A stretch of DNA of 64,000 nt from Escherichia coli (GTDB lineage Bacteria > Pseudomonadota > Gammaproteobacteria > Enterobacterales > Enterobacteriaceae). The notes beneath the pieces were generated by a model. It was not told where the DNA came from and did no database searches. It saw only the letters and a program-made list of their open reading frames with translations. The DNA is taken from NCBI RefSeq assembly GCF_013122565.1, contig NZ_CP053258.1, one strand, 5' to 3'. Below are positions 41,213 through 49,639 of this stretch, piece after piece; positions within the stretch are counted from its first letter, which is position 1, and each line of letters starts with the position of its first letter. The translations under genes and the position numbers were made by a program.

Positions 41213-42271
41213 TTACGCTCCGGTTTCGGCTGCGGCGGCGCTGAAATCACCAATCTGGATATTTTCCACCAGTGCGGCGCAGCGGTAGTCCTCAACCACA
41301 TAGGCTTCGTTAACGGATTCAAAGTTTTCAATCCGGTCACGTTTCGGGTTGTCGATAACTGAACGGCGGCGGGTGTCTTCCTGCCAGTAGATGGACAGGT
41401 TATCCAGACGGGTGATCAGCAGCGCATTCGGCGGGAAGAACGGCGCACGCACGGCCTGCAGGCCACCCATGCGTTTCTGACTGATGATCATATCGGCAGC
41501 CAGTTTTTCACTGTTTTCCTGCTCTTTGTTGACCAGCGGGAAATACTTGTCAGACAGCAGTTCACGACCGCAAATCACCACCAGATCGTCATCGTCCTGG
41601 TAGACCACGTCGATAAGCTCATTGACGGCATCCATCACCACGGCGTCCAGGTTGGCATATTCGCCACCTTTCCCGACTTTCACTGCGCCCGGTGTGGTTT
41701 CACCGCCCGTGGTGGTGCTGCCCATGACGTGATCCGGTGCATCCTCACGGATTTTCTGCAGCCAGCCTTTATTCACATCCTGCAGTAGCGGGTTTTCGCT
41801 ACGGTTGGAGGTTTTCGCACGCTTCACGCCGTTAAAGCCGATCATGATGCGGTCCAGTGCCTGACGTTTCACGATGGCGTCACGGATACGCACCTGAAAA
41901 TCCTGAAACTTCGCCCACAGGTCCAGCTTCGCGTAGGTCAGCACCGTGTCAAAGTTGGTCTGCTCGCATTTATATTCCACATCGACCATCAGCGTCGGAT
42001 CGACAGGTTCACGCTCTTTCGCGGTGGTATCAGTGGTTCCGGCAATGGTGCTGCCAACTCCCAGCCCCAGCAGCTGACCGGACTGCTCAGTCACTGGCGT
42101 GACGTTAATCAGCGTCAGGAAAGCGGCGGACTGCTGGATCTGGTCTTCCAGCGTCTGCTGCACAGACGGCTCCACGGTGAATTTGCTGGACAGTTCTTCA
42201 ACTGCCACACCGTTCAGACGCGCCAGCTGCTGCAGGTAAGCGTTAAAAGCAAAGCGGGTATTCTTCTTCAT
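41213..42271 (-). CDS. N: major capsid protein N
   Basis: 352-aa ORF at P2 N position. Confidence 0.85.
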   Translation of the reverse strand: MKKNTRFAFNAYLQQLARLNGVAVEELSSKFTVEPSVQQTLEDQIQQSAAFLTLINVTPVTEQSGQLLGLGVGSTIAGTTDTTAKEREPVDPTLMVDVEYKCEQTNFDTVLTYAKLDLWAKFQDFQVRIRDAIVKRQALDRIMIGFNGVKRAKTSNRSENPLLQDVNKGWLQKIREDAPDHVMGSTTTGGETTPGAVKVGKGGEYANLDAVVMDAVNELIDVVYQDDDDLVVICGRELLSDKYFPLVNKEQENSEKLAADMIISQKRMGGLQAVRAPFFPPNALLITRLDNLSIYWQEDTRRRSVIDNPKRDRIENFESVNEAYVVEDYRCAALVENIQIGDFSAAAAETGA

Positions 42272-42287
42272 CGGGTTTTGTGCTCCA

Positions 42288-43121
42288 TCAGCAATTGGTC
42301 AGAGTGTCAGCGGGGGCGTTACCGCCTGTTGCACGCTGGCGGTAGTCCTGGCGGCTGTCTTCATGACTTAGCTTGTCCACCAGTTCGTTAAAGGCGGTCA
42401 GCTGTGCCTGCAGGGCAGTCTCCAGCTCAGACAGGCGTTCTTCCTGCTCAGACAGGGATTTTTCGGTGCGTGCGCTCAGGTTCTGCTGCTCAGTGGCGAC
42501 CAGCTCCACGGCCTTATGCACATCAGAGAACCGGGCGTCATCGGACTGCTCTTTTTTGGTAAACAGCGCCGTGACGCGGGCAAACAGGGACGGTTTGTCG
42601 TCTTGGATTTCTTCCAGTTCGATCACCGTTTCCTCTGCAGCGGTAAAGAGATTGGCAGGATTCTGCTTGCGGTTTGCCAGCGGGTTATGGGCTGCACTGG
42701 CGCTGAATGTCAGCATTTCCGTACCCAGACTGGCAGGGTCATCAGTGGCAGCCAGGCCGACCAGGTAGGCTTTGCCCGTATCAGCGAACTTCGGGCTGAC
42801 TTCCATAGAGGTGAATAATTTCTGGCCTTTTTTCACCAGTTCCACCAGGGACTCCGTTGGCTCAACGTCGGCATACAGCGCCATCTTGCCTGCCAGCGGA
42901 CCTTCCGTGATTTCTTCAGCAAACAGCGCCGTCACCTTGCCGTAGCGGTTAAAGGTGCTGTCCGGCAGATAAGACTTGATGTGCTCAAGGTTAATCAGCG
43001 CGGTATACACCGCCGGGTTGTAGCTGGCTGCCATCTGTTCCAGCCATTCACGCTGGATTTCGCGTCCGTCGGTGGTGGCACCTTCCACCCCGATGCGAAA
43101 ACGCTTTGCTTTCACTGTCAT
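42288..43121 (-). CDS. O: capsid scaffolding protein O
   Basis: 277-aa ORF, acidic coiled-coil, P2 O position. Confidence 0.8.
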   Translation of the reverse strand: MTVKAKRFRIGVEGATTDGREIQREWLEQMAASYNPAVYTALINLEHIKSYLPDSTFNRYGKVTALFAEEITEGPLAGKMALYADVEPTESLVELVKKGQKLFTSMEVSPKFADTGKAYLVGLAATDDPASLGTEMLTFSASAAHNPLANRKQNPANLFTAAEETVIELEEIQDDKPSLFARVTALFTKKEQSDDARFSDVHKAVELVATEQQNLSARTEKSLSEQEERLSELETALQAQLTAFNELVDKLSHEDSRQDYRQRATGGNAPADTLTNC

Positions 43122-43199
43122 GAGCCGTGCTCCGTTAGAAAAAACTTACTGGAGCCTTATGGTTGCGGTGATGGGGGCAGTGAAACAATGCGCGGTATT

Positions 43200-43217
43200 T
43201 GTACCGACAACCACACA
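43200..43217. promoter_or_regulatory. Ogr-type late promoter dyad TGT-N12-ACA in divergent O/P control region
   Basis: tgtaccgacaaccacaca between O and P starts. Confidence 0.5.
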
Positions 43218-43263
43218 AACCGCAGGCGGGGAAAGCCTTCATTCAAGGCTGTAGGTTTGTGCC

Positions 43264-45030
43264 ATGAACACCACACTGACACCCGCAGATCTCGATCCCC
43301 GTCGGCAGGCCATGCTGCTGTACTTTCAGGGATACCGCGTAGCCCGCATTGCTGAAATGCTGGGCGAGAAAGTTGCAACCGTTCACAGCTGGAAAAAACG
43401 CGACAAGTGGGGTGACTATGGGCCGCTGGATCAGATGCAGCTCACCACCGCCGCACGCTACTGCCAGCTCATCATGAAGGAGCACAAAGAAGGGAAAGAT
43501 TTCAAAGAGATTGACCTGCTGGCGCGCCAGTCTGAGCGCCACGCGCGGATCGGCAAGTTTAACAATGGCGGCAACGAATCCGACTTAAACCCTAACGTCG
43601 CCAACCGCAACAAAGGCCCACGCCGTCAGCCGGAAAAGAATGTTTTCACCGATGAGCAGATTGAGAAGCTGGAAGAAATCTTCCATTCCTCCATGTTCAA
43701 CTACCAGCGCCACTGGTGGGAAGCCGGAAAAACCAACCGCATCCGCAACCTGCTGAAGTCACGCCAGATCGGCGCGACCTTTTACTTTGCCCGTGAAGCC
43801 CTGATTGACGCCCTGCTGACCGGACGTAACCAGATTTTCCTTTCCGCCAGCAAGGCACAGGCCCACGTCTTTAAGCAGTACATCATCGACTTCGCCAAAG
43901 AAGTGGAGGTGGAGTTGAAAGGCGATCCGATGGTGCTTCCTAACGGGGCCACGCTTTACTTCCTCGGCACCAATGCCCGCACGGCCCAGAGTTATCACGG
44001 CAACCTGTATCTGGATGAATATTTCTGGATACCGAAATTCCAGGAGCTGCGCAAAGTGGCTTCCGGTATGGCTATTCACAAGAAATGGCGACAAACCTAT
44101 TTTTCCACGCCATCCAGCCTGACACACAGTGCTTATCCGTTCTGGTCCGGTGCGCTATTCAACCGTGGGCGCAACAAAGCCGATAAGGTGGACATCGACC
44201 TGTCCCACAGCAATCTGGCCCCCGGCCTGCTGTGCGCAGACGGGCAATACCGCCAGATTGTCACCGTGGAAGATGCAGTGCGCGGCGGATGTAACCTGTT
44301 CGACCTCGATCAGTTACGCATGGAGTACAGCCCGGACGAATACCAGAACCTGCTGATGTGCGAGTTTGTGGACGATCTCGCGTCTGTGTTCCCACTCAGC
44401 GAGCTGCAGGCGTGCATGGTGGACAGCTGGGAAGTCTGGACCGACTTTCATGCACTGGCACTGCGCCCATTTGGCTGGCGCGAAGTGTGGATCGGTTATG
44501 ACCCGGCGAAAGGTACGCAGAACGGCGACAGTGCCGGATGCGTGGTGGTGGCACCGCCAGCCGTGCCGGGCGGCAAGTTCCGCATTCTTGAGCGTTACCA
44601 GTGGCGCGGGATGGACTTTCGCGCCCAGGCTGACGCCATCAAAAAACTGACCGAACAGTACAACGTGACCTATATCGGCATCGACTCAACCGGCGTTGGT
44701 CACGGGGTTTATGAGAACGTGAAAGCGTTCTTTCCTGCCGTCCGGGAGTTTGTCTACAACCCCAACGTTAAAAACGCCCTGGTACTCAAGGCCTACGACA
44801 TTATCAGCCACCGCCGTCTGGAGTTTGACGCCGGGCACACCGACATTGCGCAGTCATTCATGGCAATCCGTCGCGCCACCACCGCCAGTGGCAACCGCCC
44901 GACCTATGAAGCCAGCCGCAGCGAAGAAGCCAGCCACGCCGATCTGGCCTGGGCAACGATGCACGCACTGTTTAACGAACCGCTGCAGGGCGAATCCGCC
45001 AATACCAGCAATATTGTGGAGATTTTTTGA
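43264..45030 (+). CDS. P: terminase large (ATPase) subunit P
   Basis: 588-aa ORF at P2 P position. Confidence 0.85.
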   Translation: MNTTLTPADLDPRRQAMLLYFQGYRVARIAEMLGEKVATVHSWKKRDKWGDYGPLDQMQLTTAARYCQLIMKEHKEGKDFKEIDLLARQSERHARIGKFNNGGNESDLNPNVANRNKGPRRQPEKNVFTDEQIEKLEEIFHSSMFNYQRHWWEAGKTNRIRNLLKSRQIGATFYFAREALIDALLTGRNQIFLSASKAQAHVFKQYIIDFAKEVEVELKGDPMVLPNGATLYFLGTNARTAQSYHGNLYLDEYFWIPKFQELRKVASGMAIHKKWRQTYFSTPSSLTHSAYPFWSGALFNRGRNKADKVDIDLSHSNLAPGLLCADGQYRQIVTVEDAVRGGCNLFDLDQLRMEYSPDEYQNLLMCEFVDDLASVFPLSELQACMVDSWEVWTDFHALALRPFGWREVWIGYDPAKGTQNGDSAGCVVVAPPAVPGGKFRILERYQWRGMDFRAQADAIKKLTEQYNVTYIGIDSTGVGHGVYENVKAFFPAVREFVYNPNVKNALVLKAYDIISHRRLEFDAGHTDIAQSFMAIRRATTASGNRPTYEASRSEEASHADLAWATMHALFNEPLQGESANTSNIVEIF

Positions 45031-46064
45031 TGGGAAAGAGTAAGAAGAACCGAGCTGCGGCGACGAAACAGATCCAGCTTAAAAGTCAAACTACAGCCGA
45101 AGCATTCAGCTTCGGCGATCCCGTTCCTGTTCTGGACCGCCGAGAATTACTGGACTATGTGGAATGCGTACAGATGGACCGTTGGTATGAGCCGCCCGTC
45201 AGCTTTGACGGACTGGCGCGCACCTTCCGCGCTGCAGTGCATCACAGTTCCCCGATTGCAGTAAAGTGCAACATTCTGACCAGTACCTACATCCCTCACC
45301 CGCTGCTCAGCCAGCAGGCTTTTTCACGTTTTGTGCAGGACTATCTGGTATTTGGTAACGCCTACCTGGAGAAACGCACGAACCGATTCGGTGAAGTTAT
45401 CGCCCTTGAGCCTGTGCTGGCAAAATACACCCGACGCGGGTTAGACCTGGATACCTACTGGTTTGTGCAATACGGCATGACTACACAGCCGTATCAGTTC
45501 ACGAAAGGCAGCATTTTTCACCTGATGGAACCGGATATCAACCAAGAGATCTACGGCCTGCCCGGTTATCTTTCTGCCATTCCGTCAGCCCTGCTCAACG
45601 AGTCCGCCACGCTGTTCCGCCGCAAGTATTACATTAACGGCAGCCACGCAGGCTTCATCATGTACATGACCGACGCCGCGCAGAACCAGGAGGATGTAAA
45701 CAACCTCCGTAACGCGATGAAAAGCGCCAAAGGACCAGGCAACTTCCGTAACCTGTTTATGTACTCGCCGAACGGCAAAAAGGACGGGCTTCAGATCATC
45801 CCATTGTCTGAAGTCGCGGCAAAGGATGAGTTTCTGAATATCAAAAATGTTAGTCGCGATGACATGATGGCGGCACACCGCGTGCCGCCGCAAATGATGG
45901 GGATTATGCCTAATAATGTTGGGGGGTTTGGGGATGTGGAGAAAGCGAGTATGGTATTTGTGAGGAATGAATTAATTCCTCTACAAAGGCGTTTAGAAGA
46001 GCTTAATTTGTGGCTAGAAGAGGAAGCCATAAAATTCAAACCATACAATTTATCAGATAATTAG
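45027..46064 (+). CDS. Q: portal protein Q
   Basis: 345-aa ORF overlapping P stop, P2 Q position. Confidence 0.85.
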   Translation: MMGKSKKNRAAATKQIQLKSQTTAEAFSFGDPVPVLDRRELLDYVECVQMDRWYEPPVSFDGLARTFRAAVHHSSPIAVKCNILTSTYIPHPLLSQQAFSRFVQDYLVFGNAYLEKRTNRFGEVIALEPVLAKYTRRGLDLDTYWFVQYGMTTQPYQFTKGSIFHLMEPDINQEIYGLPGYLSAIPSALLNESATLFRRKYYINGSHAGFIMYMTDAAQNQEDVNNLRNAMKSAKGPGNFRNLFMYSPNGKKDGLQIIPLSEVAAKDEFLNIKNVSRDDMMAAHRVPPQMMGIMPNNVGGFGDVEKASMVFVRNELIPLQRRLEELNLWLEEEAIKFKPYNLSDN

Positions 46065-46071
46065 AATCATG

Positions 46072-46108
46072 GCCCTAGTATATTATCATTTTCACTAGGG
46101 CTTTCTTT
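46072..46108. terminator. hairpin plus T-rich tract between convergent Q and retron RT
   Basis: gccctagt..actagggc stem followed by tttctttct. Confidence 0.5.
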
Positions 46109-47869
46109 CTATATGCTGCATATTTTTTTATAATGTTCAAAAACATCTTTAAAAGTGTTGAGTATTATTTCAAAACCACTAAAATCAACTTTTCGTTTTT
46201 TATCCCTAACTACTTTCACAGAGAAAACATGTTTCCCATATTCAGTTTTTGAGTCCCCATCGTTCTTTTTGTTAAATTTTTTACCACCAAGAATAGTTGA
46301 TAATACATCATGAGTAAAAAGATCTTCCATCGCAGTCTGCTCACCAGTAGCACTTAAAGGCGTTAGAATGATATAGAGATTTTTAAAGACATGGATAAAT
46401 CTCATTTTTCTCATTTTATTGGTATCATCGGGGCAGCTCTTAACATTATTTTTAAGGAAATTCAAAATCTCATTAGAACCAGAATCGTTGTCCAATACCA
46501 TGATAACCGGGTGCTTAGGAATGCTTCCATAGTAGCTTGAATATTCATCCATATATCTTTCGATGAATTTTTTAAGATCTGCGCTACCTCCAGACATATT
46601 AATAAAATAACTTGACTTCTCATCAGATTTAAAAATATTCAAGTTGATATCATTTCCTTTACCGTCTGTGCTTTTCTTGAGCAACTCAGGAAATTTGGCA
46701 GAAAGTGAACGAATAGCTGATTTTAAATATACTCGATCAGTTTTGCCTTCTGTCAAGATTGTCGGGGAAGCATGTCCATGAAAAAACTTGTAGTAAATAA
46801 ATTTACTATATGCCTTCTCTCGTACATTCAGCTTTAACCTGTAGTTTTTTAATGTAATATGAATAGGCGCATATTTTTCAGGCTGTTTACTTATTTTATC
46901 TTGTATGTTATTAAATTTATCAATCTGGTCAATAAACCCAAATCTTCCCTCTAGTTTTTCGATACTCCCCACGACTAGCTTACCATCTTCATCAGGTAGC
47001 TTATATTCTCCCTTACTATAAAGTGAATGAGCTAATGCTCTTGTTTTATTCGAATATTTCCTATCAACGTTAACAAATCTATTTATAGTAAGTCCCGTAA
47101 CTTCTTGTCTCGTGGATTTGTACGAGATCCTTGTTTTAGCATCATTAATATCAAAACCAGCACGTTTTATTTCACTGACAAGAATGCTCCCCAAGACAAC
47201 CCCCTCAGGAAGAGATATTGCCAAATCGGTAGGAAATTCTTTTTTATTAGTTGAAAACGTGATGTCATCGGCATAACGACTATATGAACAACCTAAACTC
47301 TTTGCTAATTTAGCTAATCTAATATCCATAATGCTACAAATTAAGTTTGTTATCACTGGAGAACACGGGCTACCCTGAGGCAAACTTCCCTTATAGCATG
47401 CGGCTTTAGCTAAAGTAGTGGCGACAATCGGATTTAATAAGAAATCCCTATTGGATAGGAAGTACCCTCTCACTCGCCCAAAATTAAAGCTTTTGAAAAA
47501 ATCCTTAAGATCAATATTGAGTATTATATTTTTCCCACGATGTCTGAAAGCATTGGAAATTATTGACTTATTTCTTTCAAAACCAAAGGAGTAATTGTTT
47601 TTAATTTTTTTAATTTTGAAAGTTTCATCTCTACACTCCATTAAAAGATCGGCTATTCGTCTTTGGAGATCTTTCAAACTATCTTCTGGCGCAGAAATCA
47701 ATCTGACTCCCTTACCTTTTTTTGGAATAGAGAAATCTTTATACTGATTATCAGTACCAATTCTGTAAAGAATATTCGTTAAAAACACCAACTTAACATC
47801 TAGCAATTTTGCCAAGTCAGCACGAGATGCTGCGACTTTCAAAAGTAGTAATTTAGAAGTTGCGACCAT
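46109..47869 (-). CDS. ret: retron-type reverse transcriptase with C-terminal Toprim-like domain (Ec67/Retron-Eco2-like)
   Basis: 586-aa ORF; RT motifs [12 protein letters not shown] and YADD; C-terminal ..ILTEGKTD.. and ..VLDNDSG.. resemble Toprim E and DxD motifs; about 33% GC. Confidence 0.8.
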   Translation of the reverse strand: MVATSKLLLLKVAASRADLAKLLDVKLVFLTNILYRIGTDNQYKDFSIPKKGKGVRLISAPEDSLKDLQRRIADLLMECRDETFKIKKIKNNYSFGFERNKSIISNAFRHRGKNIILNIDLKDFFKSFNFGRVRGYFLSNRDFLLNPIVATTLAKAACYKGSLPQGSPCSPVITNLICSIMDIRLAKLAKSLGCSYSRYADDITFSTNKKEFPTDLAISLPEGVVLGSILVSEIKRAGFDINDAKTRISYKSTRQEVTGLTINRFVNVDRKYSNKTRALAHSLYSKGEYKLPDEDGKLVVGSIEKLEGRFGFIDQIDKFNNIQDKISKQPEKYAPIHITLKNYRLKLNVREKAYSKFIYYKFFHGHASPTILTEGKTDRVYLKSAIRSLSAKFPELLKKSTDGKGNDINLNIFKSDEKSSYFINMSGGSADLKKFIERYMDEYSSYYGSIPKHPVIMVLDNDSGSNEILNFLKNNVKSCPDDTNKMRKMRFIHVFKNLYIILTPLSATGEQTAMEDLFTHDVLSTILGGKKFNKKNDGDSKTEYGKHVFSVKVVRDKKRKVDFSGFEIILNTFKDVFEHYKKICSI

Positions 47870-47908
47870 AATTATATTTTATCGTAGAAGTTAGTAAGAG
47901 AGGAAGAA

Positions 47909-48037
47909 CGCATGTAGGCACTCCTTCGCACAGCACAACGGCCCTATAGCGACGAAACAAGGATGTCAGGGATGCGATTCCACCTGCCATTAAAATCACT
48001 GGTTGTGATACACAACCAACAAATCTGCCTACATGCG
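47909..48037 (-). ncRNA. msr-msd: putative retron msr-msd non-coding RNA
   Basis: 12-bp perfect inverted repeats cgcatgtaggca (47909..47920) and tgcctacatgcg (48026..48037) flank a 105-nt region 40 nt upstream of RT start; G follows a1; internal hairpin ggttgtg-ata-cacaacc. Confidence 0.5.
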
Positions 48038-48105
48038 CATAAATGAAACTACCATTTCAACGTCTTCATTTCCAGTAATATATTTCAAATATCTACACTG
48101 AGCGC

Positions 48106-48124
48106 GCGCTCGTATCCCCGCCAC
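48106..48124 (-). other. putative cos (cohesive-end) site
   Basis: Minus strand GGCGTGGCGGGGATACGAG; first 13 nt match the P2/186 cos 5' motif GGCG(A/T)GGCGGGGA as I remember it. Confidence 0.4.
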
Positions 48125-48158
48125 GCCTGCCCGCTTTATGTAGTGGTTTTCATGCAGG

Positions 48159-48228
48159 TGCATGATCTACGCAAAAGCCCGCCAGTTCTGGCGGGCCTTA
48201 GCAAAAACGATCCTCAAACGATCATGCA
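48159..48228. other. compound palindromic structure (9-bp outer IR enclosing a 9-bp GC hairpin)
   Basis: tgcatgatc...gcccgccag tt ctggcgggc...gatcatgca seen directly; function unknown. Confidence 0.4.
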
Positions 48229-48469
48229 ATCTCATGCAGCATAGACATGCACAGACGAGTAAAGCGAATCGGACCTTACGCAAGGTGAACTCCTCAGCGG
48301 GCATAATCAGTATGTCGGAAGATCTCTAAAAATAAATAATTCGGTTAACAGGTATGCTTACAAAAGCATATATTTGATTAAAAATCATGTAAGGGGGAGG
48401 ATCTCAAACTGAATCGCCACGGGTTTTACAAATTTCGATAGTCTCTCTAACGTTTCGGCTGAGGTCAAA

Positions 48470-48895
48470 ATGAAAAGCTTTTACGTATTAATTTTAATTC
48501 TGGTTGCAAGCTTTGTTAGCGTCCCAGTTCAGGCGGTAACAGCTAAAAACTATGAGAAAGGAACTAAAGCTCAACAGAAATCAATATCTTACCTTTCATG
48601 TGCATTCTATGGCAGTAGCACACAATTAGATCCTAGCTACACGGAGCAAGTACCTACAGCCGATATCAAGATATTACAGAAAGCAGCTTACCACGCTTAC
48701 AACGATGCGCTCTCATACTTTGGCTATGAGGAACCAGATCACGAACAACGCATAATTGATTATGCTGAATTTGTGGCGTCGCAAGAAGCTGTGTTATGGG
48801 ATAAGCCGGGAATGAATGGAAAGCAGGTAACACTAATTGCTCGTTCTCTCTACAATGAGAGTAACTGTAACTTGTTACTGGACTCAATTAAGTAG
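48470..48895 (+). CDS. hypothetical secreted protein (signal peptide)
   Basis: 141-aa ORF MKSFYVLILILVASFVSVPVQA...; AT-rich; opposite strand to neighbours. Confidence 0.6.
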   Translation: MKSFYVLILILVASFVSVPVQAVTAKNYEKGTKAQQKSISYLSCAFYGSSTQLDPSYTEQVPTADIKILQKAAYHAYNDALSYFGYEEPDHEQRIIDYAEFVASQEAVLWDKPGMNGKQVTLIARSLYNESNCNLLLDSIK

Positions 48896-49054
48896 GAAAA
48901 AGATGGTATTTTGCCCGTAGTTTCAACCTTAATCTCCGAACCTGTCGCAGAACGGGCGTTCACTCATCAAATAAACGCCACACCTAACGCCTCACTGTAC
49001 TCGTTGTTCAACCTTGCTGACGCCAGAACCAAGTTCAGACGCCAGCAACTTTTC

Positions 49055-49288
49055 TTAATGCAGCCAGCTGTCGTCTTCCCACACCTTCTGCATAATCTTC
49101 ATCACTTGTTTTCTTTCTTCGTCCAGTTGCAGTCCGGTCAGTTCCACACCGTTAGAGCTACCTTTGCGGATGCGAATTACCGTTTTGGGATACAGGGGGC
49201 GCAGATTGCGGTAAAGCTCGGATTCAAGGGCGTCCAGGGTAGACTGGCTAATCTTCTGCTCTTTATCGATCATTATTTCAATGCGCAT
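49055..49288 (-). CDS. DinI-like protein (Tum/antirepressor C-terminal-domain-like)
   Basis: 77-aa ORF MRIEIMIDKEQKISQSTLDALESEL...WEDDSWL resembling the DinI family; GAGGTGA RBS upstream. Confidence 0.7.
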   Translation of the reverse strand: MRIEIMIDKEQKISQSTLDALESELYRNLRPLYPKTVIRIRKGSSNGVELTGLQLDEERKQVMKIMQKVWEDDSWLH

Positions 49289-49298
49289 AAAGGTCACC

Positions 49299-49487
49299 TC
49301 AGCTGATGACATCCATTGAGCGGTTGTATTCGTGGGTTCTGATTTTTGCCATGAGTTCATCAGTCAATTCAGAAACCCACTGCAGAGCCAGCCCCTTCTC
49401 TTCATCACTACACTCACTAGCCGCTACAAGCTTAAGAAAAAAATCAATGCGCTGGAGCTTCAAAGACTCCAAAAAATAGTCCTGCAT
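49299..49487 (-). CDS. hypothetical small protein (first gene of LexA-box-associated operon)
   Basis: 62-aa ORF just upstream of the DinI-like gene. Confidence 0.5.
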   Translation of the reverse strand: MQDYFLESLKLQRIDFFLKLVAASECSDEEKGLALQWVSELTDELMAKIRTHEYNRSMDVIS

Positions 49488-49529
49488 CTTTCCTCCTATG
49501 ACACCAAAGCAATACTGTATATATAACCA

Positions 49530-49545
49530 CTGTTTATATTTACAG
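49530..49545. promoter_or_regulatory. LexA box (CTGT-N8-ACAG)
   Basis: ctgtttatatttacag 43 bp upstream of the 62-aa ORF start; adjacent half-site tactgtatatat. Confidence 0.7.
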
Positions 49546-49639
49546 TATATAATAATCTTACTGATGTAAAACGTTTTTTTACGTTCATCAGCCTGAAATG
49601 CCTGGTATTATTAAGAGCACGAATTGTTAACCCGCGTAA

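Noticed and set aside
47870-48470. Possible small ORF or promoter calls in the 600-bp gap
   Set aside because: No ORF of 60 aa or more and no convincing -35/-10 pair by eye; region better explained by retron ncRNA, cos-like site and structured palindrome
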